From: Octopus vulgaris
Lineage: Eukaryota
Direction: 5' to 3'
Assembly: GCA_951406725.2 (NCBI GenBank)
Contig: OX597827.1
Location: 44,082,001 to 44,146,000, forward strand
DNA length: 64,000 nt
Part shown: positions 1 through 11,681 of the stretch, piece by piece
Numbering within the stretch: the first letter of the stretch is position 1
Layout: each line of letters starts with the position of its first letter
Notes under the pieces: generated by a model
Told to the model about the DNA's origin: nothing
The model's input: only the letters and a program-made list of their open reading frames with translations
Database searches by the model: none
Program-made: the position numbers and the translations under genes

Positions 1-31
<31 letters not shown>

Positions 32-88
32 TACATATATATGCATATATATATTATATATATATGATATACATATATATATATATCA

Positions 89-128
<40 letters not shown>

Positions 129-143
129 TATATATAAATGCAT

Positions 144-220
<77 letters not shown>

Positions 221-345
221 AACACTCATACAAAATGCACACACTTGTGTCTTTAAGAACAAATACACGCGCACACATGTAGATATAAATATACATATGT
301 AGACATACATGCACACAAGCATACACATAGACATACACACACACA

Positions 346-390
<45 letters not shown>

Positions 391-401
391 ACACACACAC
401 A
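1..401. repeat. (TA)n / (CA)n microsatellite block
   Basis: Direct dinucleotide runs. The YI/HT/VC ORFs here are artefacts. Confidence 0.95.
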
Positions 402-769
402 CGGTCTTACGTGTCCGAATCCTACTTCTTTGCCTGCTTTGTTTGTCAGCTCATTTATATTTTCTTTTTCTTTTCCTTTTTTGCTTTTTATCTCTCTTTA
501 TCTGGTGACATTAGAAATAAAATATATTTCCGCTGCGTGCGTGACAAACGCTGCACAGTTTCACACCTTTCTTTGTATCATGTGTTTAAAATCGACTGTT
601 TTATTACCGTGTTATTCCTACTGTCCTCTGTTGTAGCTCGAATGGGATTCCATAAATCAGCTGCTGTTTCACCTTCTCCTGTGTGTGTTTTGTATCCACC
701 TGCTTTTCAATACATTTTCCTTCATTTAAATTGTGAGTTGTTCTTCTCTGGTTATTTCTTCATTTTGAA

Positions 770-893
770 TTTGGCTGAATCATTAGCGCACCGGGCAAAA
801 TGCTTAACGGCAATTCGTCACTCTTTACGTTCTGAGTTCAAATTTTCGAGGTCGGAAAATGAAATACCAGTGAAACACAGGGGTCGATATCTT
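770..893 (+). mobile_element. Degenerate tRNA-derived SINE fragment (family B in this report)
   Basis: TTGGCTGAATCATTAGCGCACCGGGCAAAATGCTTAACGG...TACGTTCTGAGTTCAAATT matches the head of the intact copies at 10940-11362 and 54410-54815. Confidence 0.7.
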
Positions 894-1630
894 CGAAACT
901 TTCCAGGAAGTCCTTCTTCCTCCCTTGAAAATGCCAGGATTTCTCTCCTCTCTCTTCCTCCTCTTCCTTCGCTACTCGGAACTTTCCACCCCTTCTTGGA
1001 ACTTTCCAGAAAGTCCTTCTTCCCCTTTCTCTCCCGCCTCGCAACTTTCCAGGAAGTCATTCCTCCCCTTCATGGAACTTTCCAGAAAGTCCTTCTACCC
1101 CTTTCTCCCCCGCCTCGCAACTTTCCAGGAAGTCTTTCTTCCCCTTCCTTCCCTTCTCGGAACTTTCCGGGAAGACCTTACTCGCCTTCTTTGAACTTTC
1201 CAGGATGTTCTTCCTCCCCATCCTCAGAACTTTCCAGGGAGTCAATCTCCCCTGCCTCTCCCTCACCGGAACTTTCCAGGAAGTCCTTCCTTTACATCAT
1301 CGGAACTTTCCAGGAAGTCTCTTCCTCTCATCGAAACTTTCTTGGAAATCTTTCCGCCGGAAGTCCTTCAACCTCGGAACTTTCCAGGTAATCTTTCCTC
1401 CGGTCTTCCCCTCCTCGGAACTTTCCAAGAAGTCACTGCGCCTTTCCAGGAAGTTATTCCTCCCCTTCCTCAGAACCCTCCATGAAGTCTTTTTACCCCT
1501 CCTCTCCTTCCTATGAACTTGTCAGGAAGTCCTCCTCCCCCGCTCTTCGGAACTTTCAGGAAGTACCTCCCCTCTCCTCCCCTTCCTCTCCTCGTCGGAA
1601 CTTTCCAGGAAGTCTTTCCTCCCCTTCCTC
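893..1630. repeat. Degenerate minisatellite: ~20 copies of CGGAACTTTCCAGGAAGTC with variable pyrimidine-rich linkers
   Basis: Core recurs at about 894, 997, 1040, 1073, 1116, 1158, 1192, 1225, 1267, 1301, 1375, 1416, 1548 and 1596, plus degenerate copies. Unit length is roughly 30-45 bp. Confidence 0.9.
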
Positions 1631-1777
1631 AGCTCTTTATTGATGTTAACTCCACGTATTTTTGTAATTTTTTGTGCTGTAACTCGTGCTTCGATATTAT
1701 CCCCCGTGTCTTGTGCCCTTGTGGCCAATCAAAGAAATCATCATTATTAGTATTAATATTATTATTACTATTATTAT

Positions 1778-1887
1778 TTTATTGTTTTTGCACAGCTTCT
1801 AACGCTGGAGATGTACTACGTTATCAGCTGTTCTAGGCAGTGCTATTTTCTGCAAGTGCTCCACAGTGCTATTTGTTCCACGTACTG

Positions 1888-1890
<3 letters not shown>
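1778..1890 (-). mobile_element. Short, internally deleted 3' end of an R4/Dong-type LINE between (TAA)n tracts
   Basis: Minus strand reads VEHLQKIALPRTA. The 3' UTR (GCACAGCTTCTAACGCTGGA) is shared with the copy at 3031-3312. Confidence 0.7.
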
Positions 1891-1957
<67 letters not shown>

Positions 1958-1960
1958 GTT

Positions 1961-2047
<87 letters not shown>

Positions 2048-2073
2048 GTTATTATTATTATTATTATTAATAA

Positions 2074-2370
2074 TGTTGAACGAACCACCCATGTTTCCAA
2101 AGGTGAATTATCCAAACCTCCAAGAATTCCTTTCAACACATGGCTATGATGCTCCCCTACTACTTCTGCTCGTGGTCAGAGGTGCACATATCGTCAGCCA
2201 CTAAGGGTCATGCTCAACTGGTTAAGGTCAAATAACTGACAAACAAATCTGTGGTATTGAGCAGAATATTTGCTGTAGCCCATCTTTTATACCAAGACAA
2301 AACAATGTACATGATAACACTTCCAATCAGTTAAGATCAGAAGCCATGAGAGCCACTGTCTGGTACTGGC

Positions 2371-2372
<2 letters not shown>
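2074..2372 (-). mobile_element. Non-coding interspersed repeat in (ATT)n, partial copy 1
   Basis: About 250 bp is closely similar to 2710-2961. Both sides are bounded by (ATT)n. Orientation is inferred. Confidence 0.7.
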
Positions 2373-2458
<86 letters not shown>

Positions 2459-2960
2459 GAGTGAGAGAGCAGAGCATGCCATCAAAGTGACACTGGGGTA
2501 GAATATACGAAGCCCAGTATACCCATCATGACTACCTGTCTGATAAGGGTACACTAGGCACATGCATCACAACCATATGTGCGCGACATGGTGATCTCAT
2601 ATCAAGATAAGCAGCACATGACCTTGCAGGTGAGGCCCAGTTAGAATTTTCTTCAGGTCGAGTAGCCCATCCCACTCGAAAGGTCCCTGAATAAGGGTTG
2701 TTTAAGGATGTTGAACGAAACACCCATGTTTCCAGAGGTGAATTATTCAAACCCCAAAGAATCCCTCTCAACACATGGCTATGATGCTCCCCCACTACTT
2801 CTGCTCGTGATCAGAGATGCACATATCGTCAGCCACCACGGGACATGCTCAACTGGTTAAGGTCAAACAACTGACAAGCAAATCTGTGGTATTGAGCAGA
2901 ATATTTGCTGTAGCCATTCTTATATACCAAGACAAAACAATGTACATGATAACACTTCCA

Positions 2961-2961
<1 letters not shown>
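2459..2961 (-). mobile_element. Non-coding interspersed repeat in (ATT)n, copy 2
   Basis: Same family as 2074-2372, extended by ~250 bp, and flanked by (ATT)n on both sides. On the minus strand it ends ...CTCTCTCACTC(AAT)n. Confidence 0.7.
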
Positions 2962-3030
<69 letters not shown>

Positions 3031-3032
<2 letters not shown>

Positions 3033-3312
3033 TTATTGTCTTTGCACAGCTTCTAACGCTGGAAATGTACTACAGTGCCAACTGTTCACTACCAGTGAAC
3101 TAAAGTAACAACCCTTATTTTACGAGCACCATCCGGAGTATTCGAGCGGTTCTAGGCAGTGCTATTTTCTGCAAGTGCTCCACCCTTATTGCAGCCCCTG
3201 TTTATCCCTTGTACTTCTCAAGATTTTTACTCACTGATCCCAGGGCTTCGACGATTATTGGTACTCCTACCACCGTTTTTATCGACCACAACTGCTTAAC
3301 TTCCTTAGCTAA
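3031..3312 (-). mobile_element. 3' end of an R4/Dong-type non-LTR retrotransposon with (TAA)n tail
   Basis: Minus strand reads LAKEVKQLWSIKTVVGVPIIVEALGSVSKNLEKY...RVEHLQKIALPRTARILRMVL. This is the typical post-REL C-terminus (VPIxxGALG...LQKxALLGTARILR). Confidence 0.8.
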
Positions 3313-3319
3313 ATTAATC

Positions 3320-3720
3320 GAGGAATTAGAACAATGGTAAGCAACGCCACGCAAAATGCTTAACGGCATTTCGCCTTTGCATTTTGAGTTCAAATTTTCC
3401 CGATGTCTGTTTTGCTTTTCAAGGTCGATAAAATGAGTACCTTTTGAGCACTGGAGTCAATCTAATCGATTTTCCCCACTCCCTCAAAATTGCTGGCCTT
3501 GTACCAAATTTTGAAAGCCGTGTTATTTTCGAATTTAAAGTAAGGTGGCGAGCTGACAGAATCGTTACTGCGCCAGGCAAAGTACTTAACGGCATTTCTT
3601 CCGTCTTTACGTTCTGCGTTCAAATGCCGCCGGGGTCGACTTTGCCTTTCACCCCTTCGAGATCGATAAACTAATTGCCAGTTGAATATTGAGGTCGGTG
3701 AAATAGACTCAACCGCATCC
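3320..3720 (+). mobile_element. Two degenerate family-B SINE copies
   Basis: AAATGCTTAACGGCATTTCG...GAGTTCAAATT...GGTCGATAAAATGAGTACC, followed by a second head GGTGGCGAGCTGACAGAATCGTTA. Confidence 0.65.
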
Positions 3721-4012
3721 TCTTCAAATTAGAAAACTCAACCAACTGGAAATAAAAGAAGTCTCTCTCAAAATCACACTATTAAGTTTTTGAAAAAAAA
3801 ATGTTGAGACAGATTTGATAAAGATTTTATGGGGTCCACTATTCTTGAAAAAGAAGCTGGTCATCCTTTAAATTTCTTTGATCTCAGATGCAAGCATGGC
3901 TATGAGATCAAGAAGCTTAGTTAATAACCACGGCCTAATCTAGTCAGAAATTTCCTGAGAAAATATATGGCTGTTAAGCGGTAGCATGCATCTGAATTAA
4001 TTATTTCTACCT

Positions 4013-4723
4013 AGGGCCGGATTATGACCCATGGAGGCCATAAGCACTTAAAAGATTTTGGTGCCCCCATATGTATATATATATATGTCATTCAAAATAT
4101 AACAATAATTTTGGTGCCCCCATATGTATATATATATATGTCATTAAAAATATAACAATAATTTTTCGAAACGGATTTACCGCACTACTCGATACAAGCC
4201 GGGCAAAAGCCACACAGACATCGTAGTCAGCCATAAGGTAGCGTAGCAAATGCGTCTCAAAGATTCTGGTCTCGTTCGTGCCTCCCACTCACCGCTGGAT
4301 TAAGCATTAAGCAAAATAAGCACGCAGTTATGTCATCAAGAAAGGAGGACACCACAGAAATTGTAAATGGTTTACGGCCCAAAAGAAATCCATTTAAACT
4401 TTTCCCGATGGTTAGTGAAAGGTTTTTCTTTTAATAATATTCGTGATGCCTAATCTCTATTAAATATAGAAGCAGATGTGTTACGTAAGATTAGTTTTGT
4501 CGGTCTGATCAAAGACTTTGTAATTTAAAAAGTAGGAGAAAACTTCTCAAACATAAAGTATACAGAACTAAATATTCTCCATCTTATTTTTAGTTTCGTT
4601 TTATTTTGAAAAATATGAATTTATTTCATGGTTTTATTATTGTTTATATTTTGAATTATATATAAATGGAGGCACCAAAATATCTTAAGTGCATGGGGCC
4701 TCTATGGGTCTTAATCCAGCCCT
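4013..4723. mobile_element. MITE / non-autonomous DNA transposon (hAT-like ends)
   Basis: Imperfect terminal inverted repeats AGGGCCGGATTATGACCCATGGAGGCC / GGCCTCTATGGGTCTTAATCCAGCCCT, extending to TTTTGGTGCC / GGCACCAAAA. TCTACC lies on both flanks. There is an internal ~54-bp tandem duplication at 4055-4166. Confidence 0.75.
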
Positions 4724-4752
4724 TCTACCACCTCTAGATTTATTGACCTAAA

Positions 4753-5151
4753 TTCTCTTTTACTTCTTTAAGTCATTTGACTGCGGCCATGCTGGAACAC
4801 TGCCTTTAGTTGAGCAAATCGACCCCAGGGACTTATTCTTTGTAAGCCTAGTACTTATTCTATCGGTCTCTTTTGCCGAATCGCTAAGTTACGGGGATGT
4901 AAACACACCAGCATCGGTTGTCAAGCGATGTTGGGGGGACAAACACAAACACATACACACACACATATATATACAAATACATATATACGACGAGCTTCTT
5001 TCAGTTTCCGTCTACCAAATCCACTCACAAGACCTTGGTCGGCCCGAGGCTATAGCAAAAGACACTTGCCCAAGGTGCCACACAGTAGGACTGAACCCGG
5101 AACCATATGGTTGGTAAACAAGCTACTTACCACACAGCCACTCCTACGCCT
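4753..5151 (-). mobile_element. tRNA-derived SINE (family A), full length, with internal (TA)/(TG) microsatellite
   Basis: Minus-strand head has A box TGGCTGTGTGG and B box GGTTCAGTCC. It is collinear with the copies at 14036 and 16614. Confidence 0.85.
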
Positions 5152-5547
5152 ATTCGTTCAATAAGTGTCATTCTTACCACACCATCCCTAGATTCTGTGC
5201 ATTTCTGCCTTTCAATCTACATGTTGGACTGCATTATGAGCTGATAAGCCGCCTAACTTGTTTGATTTAGTAATCGGTTATACTAAGTTTAATAATGAAT
5301 TCTGATGCAAACAACAGACCAGACAGTTTAGGTGAAAGGTTATTTAATATAGATTATGGATGATCAAATCGGCGAAATGACTTGACAGGAATTCTGTTAT
5401 TTCATCGATCCTCGAGAGGATAAAAAGGGGAAATAGAATTCGACATGATTTGGACACAGAATGCACCTTAGTATTCGACTGGCAATTAGTTTATCGACCT
5501 CAAAGGGGTGAAAGGCAAAGTCGACCCCCGCTGTTTCTGTCAGTGGC

Positions 5548-5625
<78 letters not shown>

Positions 5626-5630
5626 GATGT

Positions 5631-5694
<64 letters not shown>

Positions 5695-5932
5695 GATAAT
5701 GATGATGATGATTGATAATGAACAATGATGATCTTTATCATCGTTATTATCATTATCATCATCATGACAACGATTTTAATAATGAGGAGGAGGCGGCGGC
5801 GGCGGCGGAAGAGGAGGAGGAGGAGGAAGAAGAGAATCTGAATCTCTGCCGTCAATTGTCATTATCAACGCCGTCACCACGACACTCATAGTTTTCATCA
5901 TCATCATCACAACCATCATCCACACCACCACC

Positions 5933-5966
<34 letters not shown>

Positions 5967-6032
5967 TCACCCTAACCACAACCATAACCATCAGCACCAC
6001 AACCGCAGTCAAAAACCAAACGACGACCACCC

Positions 6033-6066
<34 letters not shown>

Positions 6067-6198
6067 TCACCCTAACCACAAGCATAACCATCAGCATCAC
6101 AACCGCAGTCAAAAACCAAACGACGACCACCCACCACCACCACCACCACCACCATCATTGCTATAATCATATTCATATTCTTTACCACCATCAAGATT

Positions 6199-6234
<36 letters not shown>

Positions 6235-6625
6235 GTCGTCGTCGTCGTCGTCGTCATCATCATCGTCATCATCATCATCATCATTATCAAGGCAATAATT
6301 GACTTCCCAAGACGCTACTTTTGCTTACGCGAATTTTGCAGTCCATAAGATCAGTCGAGTGTAACGACAGCATAAACACCACAATCGCCACCACCACCAC
6401 CACCACTACTACCACCAACTCCACATTTACTACTGCCATTATCACCACCACCATCACCACTGCTATCATCAACACCGCAAACACTACCGCCACCATCGCC
6501 ACCATTACCACTTCCACCAACATCATCACCACCACCACTACCACCACTATAACCATCACCGCTTCCACCGGCGCCGATGCCACCACAACCAACACGGCGG
6601 GTACTACCGCTACCAGCGCCGCCTC
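5548..6625. repeat. Compound trinucleotide low-complexity tract (GAT, GGA/GGC, CAT, CAC) with a ~99-bp tandem duplication
   Basis: Direct triplet runs. CCCTAACCACAA...AACCGCAGTCAAAAACCAAACGACGACC occurs twice (about 5970 and 6070). Confidence 0.9.
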
Positions 6626-7145
6626 TTTTAGTGACCGACACACTGAGAGAATTTTAAAAAAAGAAAAGAAAAAAACCCTTTCACCAACCATCGGATAACA
6701 AACTCCCTTGTCGGCCCATGCTAGAAACCATGGAAACACAGCGGTACCAAGTAGAATCGATCAAACACTAAGATCTCAGAACATTATATATCATTCAGCC
6801 GTGGTTTTTGGTGAAGGGTTTGTTGTGCGTCGTGAGTGGTGAATGGGAGGAGAGAGAAATTTGGAGTGGGAGGACAGAATGAAGGGAGTTTCATTGGAAG
6901 GGCAAGTAAAAACAGAGTTGGAAGCGTTAGGGGCTGGAATCGAGCTCCTTTGTTTGTTCGGCCATAGCACGGCTTTTCATTAGACGTAAGCGCGAATATA
7001 AACACGAGCCAGAAAATTTGTATTTATTTGCATACACTCTCTCCCAACACCTTCCCATTCTCTCTCTCTATCTCTCTCTTTCACATATACACACTCACAC
7101 ATATACATGCTCGTGCGAATATCCATTATATATATATAGATATAT

Positions 7146-7147
<2 letters not shown>

Positions 7148-7198
<51 letters not shown>

Positions 7199-7223
7199 CA
7201 GATAGAGAGAGAGAGAGAGAGGC

Positions 7224-7297
<74 letters not shown>

Positions 7298-7522
7298 GTT
7301 TCTTTATTGGCCACACAGGGCTGCACACATATGGGACAAGTTACAAGGTAGAGCTTTTCTTTTGGGAGAGGAAAAAAACAAAAAACAAAAGAAAAAATGG
7401 GGTTGGCGTAGGTTTTCGATCAAAAGGGATCGTAAAAGAGAAAAAGAAGAACAAAAAAAATGTTTTTAAATTTTAAAAAATAAGATAAAACAAAAAAAAA
7501 TAAATGATAGATAGATAGATAA

Positions 7523-7613
<91 letters not shown>

Positions 7614-7617
7614 GATA
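7148..7617. repeat. (GATA)n / (GACA)n tracts split by an A-rich insert
   Basis: Direct tetranucleotide runs at 7148-7296 and 7507-7617. Confidence 0.9.
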
Positions 7618-7682
7618 GACCGTAGTTAAGTTCCAGGTTCGGTGATTATGCGAATAAGGGGTTCAACGTTGGGATGTATGTT

Positions 7683-7717
<35 letters not shown>

Positions 7718-7853
7718 CGGAGATATACTTGCATAGCAAGTGTCCTGATCTGAGATCGTGTGCTGGAACGAAAACAATTGCAACGTGGAAGGTGTTTATA
7801 AGCCATTTAAGAACCACACAAAAACCATTTGATTTTGTTCAACATGTAAATTT

Positions 7854-7909
7854 AATTTGTCAAAATATTTTCGTCGCTTTGAGACCGCGACCTGTTCACT
7901 GACGAAATT
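7854..7909 (-). ncRNA. Minimal type I hammerhead ribozyme, G3-C8 core variant
   Basis: Minus strand: AATTTCGTCA GTGAACA G GTCGC ggtctcaaa GCGAC GAAA ATAT TT TGACAAATT. Stem I is 9 bp with one bulge, stem II is 5 bp, and stem III is the palindrome AATATT. Confidence 0.65.
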
Positions 7910-7924
7910 CCGTGCACACTGCAA

Positions 7925-7947
7925 TTGTTAGATATATATATTGTTAG

Positions 7948-8023
<76 letters not shown>

Positions 8024-8055
8024 GTTAGATATATATATATATGATTTATTGTTAG

Positions 8056-8087
<32 letters not shown>

Positions 8088-8141
8088 GTTAGATATATAT
8101 ATATATGATTTATTGTTAGATATATATATATATATATATAT
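7925..8141. repeat. Minisatellite of ATTGTTAG+(AT)n units
   Basis: ATTGTTAGAT recurs about six times, separated by (AT)n of variable length. Confidence 0.85.
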
Positions 8142-9592
8142 AATTTCAGCAAAAATTTAGATAAATCTAAAAAACATACAAATAAAAGTAATACGAATAA
8201 TAACTCTCGTGGGATCAGTAATAATTCAACTAACCCTAAATCTAATTTAAGAAAATATAATAAAGAAAATATAATCTGGTTGAATGTTCCTTTCAACTAC
8301 GCGATCTTATCGGATATATACGGCAGATTCAAATATTAAATATAACCTAAAATGGGATATAGTTAGAAAGGCAGTACCTTATAGAAATAATAGGGTGAGT
8401 TGTCAACTCTGTTCCATGGAGACATATGAGATTGTAAAGCATAGAAAAAAGAAAAAATCTACTGAATAACCGTATAGAATTAGGTGTGTCTTGTATTCAC
8501 TCAAAAATCAAAACTCTACAATATTTTAAATAGAAATCTGTTGGTTCTCCCACTGGTGTTCTTTCTAACTATACCTTTTTAATATAAAAATAAATAGTAT
8601 TTGTACTATGCTAACTTTTAATTGACTCTATAGTCAATTTAATTAACCTTACTTAAATCATATAAATTGCTAATCTTTCTTAATTCTATTCTAAATTTAA
8701 TATGTAATACTATTCCCTTAATGATACATTTAATTTTCACTATAAATTTTGAATAAGTAAAATTCCCCAACAAATTGCTATTGAATTCATTTGACCTCTA
8801 GATGTCGACCTAAATTCTTTCTTACAATATATAAACATAAGTTAAAATAGAAACAATAATAAATAAATAACCTTCTATTCTAATGTTATCCTTAACTTTC
8901 TTACTGTATCTTCCTCTACTGATAACCTGTGACCCCTTTAGTGTTTTCCTTTGATCTCTCTGTATTCTTTATCCCACCATTAACTCTGTGAGCTTCTAAG
9001 TTCAGAGCTAGCCGTGGTCAAACTTACTCTTCTTTTATGAATTTAAGATTCCTTCAACACTGACCTAGATTTTCTGTCACCACAGAAATAGACTAACCTT
9101 TGTCTGTGGCATCTTTATTCCCTCTTACTCCCCCACTCCTTTCCTCCCATAAGGTCCTTTACTTTGGCTAAACCTACCTCGCTGTCTTTCTTGCTACTAT
9201 AAAATTCTATCTGCAACAGTTAGATGTGAACTGAACCGGTGTGTGACCAGTATCTTTCCTCATGTCTCCTGGAACTTATACCTGCATCTTTATGGATGGA
9301 TTTACCTTCTCTGAGAAGTTAATAATCATTTTGAAAACTTTTTTTAAAAAACTCTGCATTGTTGGAAAACATATAAAGTCTGCTTATAATCTTATTTCAA
9401 ATTCATAGAACTCACTCCTAATACTTCATAAGGATATTTACACTCTCTAGGATGTTTGGAAAACATATATGTGATTTAGCTGATGAATACTTGACATTAT
9501 ATTTGCTGTAATATTTGCAGCTTTAAATAAAATGTTCTTAGTATGAAACAATTATACTAAACTACTGATCCATTCTTGTTACTTTTTTCTTG

Positions 9593-9597
<5 letters not shown>
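8142..9597 (+). mobile_element. Penelope-like element relic: linker, C-terminus, long 3' UTR/pLTR
   Basis: NKENIIWLNVPFN (WFNPPF-like), then after a deletion KYNLKWDIVRKAVPYRNNRVSCQLCSMETYEI...LNNRIELGVSCIHSK, ending near 8533. Both ends abut (TA)n. A hammerhead lies near the 3' end. Confidence 0.75.
9475..9561 (+). ncRNA. Type I hammerhead ribozyme motif in PLE 3' region
   Basis: TTTAG CTGATGA ATACT...AGTAT GAAA CAATTA TA CTAAA. Stem I and stem II are both perfect 5-bp helices. Stem III is one change from the palindrome CAATTG. Confidence 0.75.
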
Positions 9598-9658
<61 letters not shown>

Positions 9659-10408
9659 TACATATTGTTATGCATATGTGTGTATATATATATATATATA
9701 TTTATATATACATATAAGTGTGTGTTTGTATATGTGTGTATGCATACACACACACGCACGTGCATATCTGCAAATGTGCATATATATGTGTGCGTGTCTC
9801 ACTCTACGTGTGTGTGTGTGTATGCCAATGTTCATATACACTCATAAATACATATGCATTGATACGTTTATATATATATATATTTTCATTTATACACACA
9901 CACATAAAAACATGTATGTGTGTAAGTTATGTTTGCATGCATGCATGTATGCATGTATGCATGTATATATGTATATATGCATGTAAGTATGCATGCATGC
10001 ATGTACTTATTATGTATGTATGCATGCATGTAAATGTATGTATTATATATGTATGTATGAATATATGTATGTATGCATGTATGTATGTATACATGTATGT
10101 TATGTATTACCTTGTTTAGTGAACAATGGCGTTGCGATGTTGGTAAGAGGTTTCCAGCCGGTCAACCACTTGTTTTCATTGCATTTGTCACAGCGAGAAT
10201 GGCAAGGAAGCGTTTGTAAATCAAGGAGCATTGCTAGGAGGGCAGCGGGTTTTCACTCATCTTTACATCTGATGTGGACATAAAGTCATAGCACCGATAA
10301 CCTGTGGAGCCATTGTGCATTCTCATAGATTAAATCTCTCTCATAACTGATATAAAACTGTACGTCCATGAGCGTCTATCATCATATATGTGCGCGTGTG
10401 TGTATGAA

Positions 10409-10441
<33 letters not shown>

Positions 10442-10507
10442 CTATGTGTCTGTGTGTATGTGTATGTGTGTGTGTTTGAGTGTGTGGGGTGCTTGTGTGT
10501 GTGGTGG

Positions 10508-10720
10508 GGTGCTTGTTGTAGAGCTGAAAACGAGGCAATTTGTACTCTTCTCCTCTGGAATCCCTCTACTCGCGATACCAGAGGGCGCACACTCTCCTAC
10601 CCTAATGTAATCTCCAGGGATACATGCATCCAGCAACAGGACCTCCGTAATGCTATGATGGACCGTGAAGTCTGGCGTAGCACAGTAAGTTCTATTGTCT
10701 CGAACAATGATGATGATGAA
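10508..10720 (+). mobile_element. 3' end of an RTE-clade LINE with (GAT)n tail
   Basis: CCRAENEAICTLLLWNPSTRDTRGRTLSYPNVISRDTCIQQQDLRNAMMDREVWRSTV is an RTE-like C-terminus (LLW.P...GR...DR..WR). It is followed by GATGATGAT. Confidence 0.75.
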
Positions 10721-10939
10721 GATTTTCAGAGGCATTTAAGCGTCCGAAATTAGACTTATCCTTCTTGAGCATCCTAAAGGATTTTTCACTGCCTTCTACG
10801 GTGATCATTATTTTCTTTTATTTTTTTCTTTTATTCTTTTATTTGTTCCAGTCACTCGACTGCGGCTATGCTGGAGCACCATGAAAAAACCACTCCGCTC
10901 CTTTGTCCTTTCCATTTCGATTCATGTACCAACACCTGT

Positions 10940-11362
10940 AATACCTATTTCTTTATTACCCACAAGGGGCTAAACACAGAGGGGACAAACAAGGACAGAC
11001 ATAGGTATTAAGTCGATTACATCGACCCCAGTGCGTAACTGGTACTTAATTTATCGACCCCGAAAGGACGAAAGGCAAAGTCGACCTCGGCGGAATTTGA
11101 ACTCAGAACGTAACGGCAGACGAAATACCTATTTCTTTACTACCCGCAAGGGGCTAAACACAGAGAGGACAAACAGGGACAGACATAGGTATTAAGTCGA
11201 TTACATCGACCCAAGTGCGTAACTGGTACTTAATTTATCGACCCCGAAAGGACGAAAGGCAAAGTCGACCTCGGCGGAATTTGAACTCAGAACGTAACGG
11301 CAGACGAAATACCGCTAAGCATTTCGCCCGGCGTGCTAACGTTTCTGCCAGCTCGCCGCCTT
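10940..11362 (-). mobile_element. tRNA-derived SINE (family B) with a tandemly duplicated 184-bp body
   Basis: Head GGCGGCGAGCTGGCAGAAACG with B box GTTCAAATTCC. The body repeats at 10940-11123 and 11124-11312. Imperfect TSD TACCAACACCTGT / TACCAACAAATGT. Confidence 0.9.
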
Positions 11363-11634
11363 ATACCAACAAATGTTATATGTTGTATGGTTAACATTAT
11401 TTCACTATCCTTCTGCCACCTGTTTCATATTGTTATATTATTCTGGTGACTCATGGCTAAAAGGTTGAACGTTCAATTGATGGTCAGCTGATTAGAAGCA
11501 ACCCACCACCATCTCATTACCCTTTCCGTTCAACCGTCCTATCATTCAGCCAATCGCATGCTTTCACTCTCAAGTGGAATAGTTCTTTCCTTTTATTTTT
11601 TCCCATTTGGTTTTTATTTCTTGAGAAAACAATA

Positions 11635-11649
11635 TCTTCTTCCTTTTCT

Positions 11650-11681
<32 letters not shown>

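Noticed and set aside
309-1391. 360-aa ORF
   Set aside because: It crosses a (CA)n tract, a SINE fragment and the minisatellite, and has no recognisable domain.
893-1630. CRISPR-like repeat-spacer appearance
   Set aside because: The context is eukaryotic with no cas genes. The repeats are degenerate, and the spacers are mutually similar low-complexity pyrimidine runs of uneven length.
5970-6076. CCCTAA telomere-like hexamers
   Set aside because: These are single units within a 99-bp local duplication, not a telomeric array.
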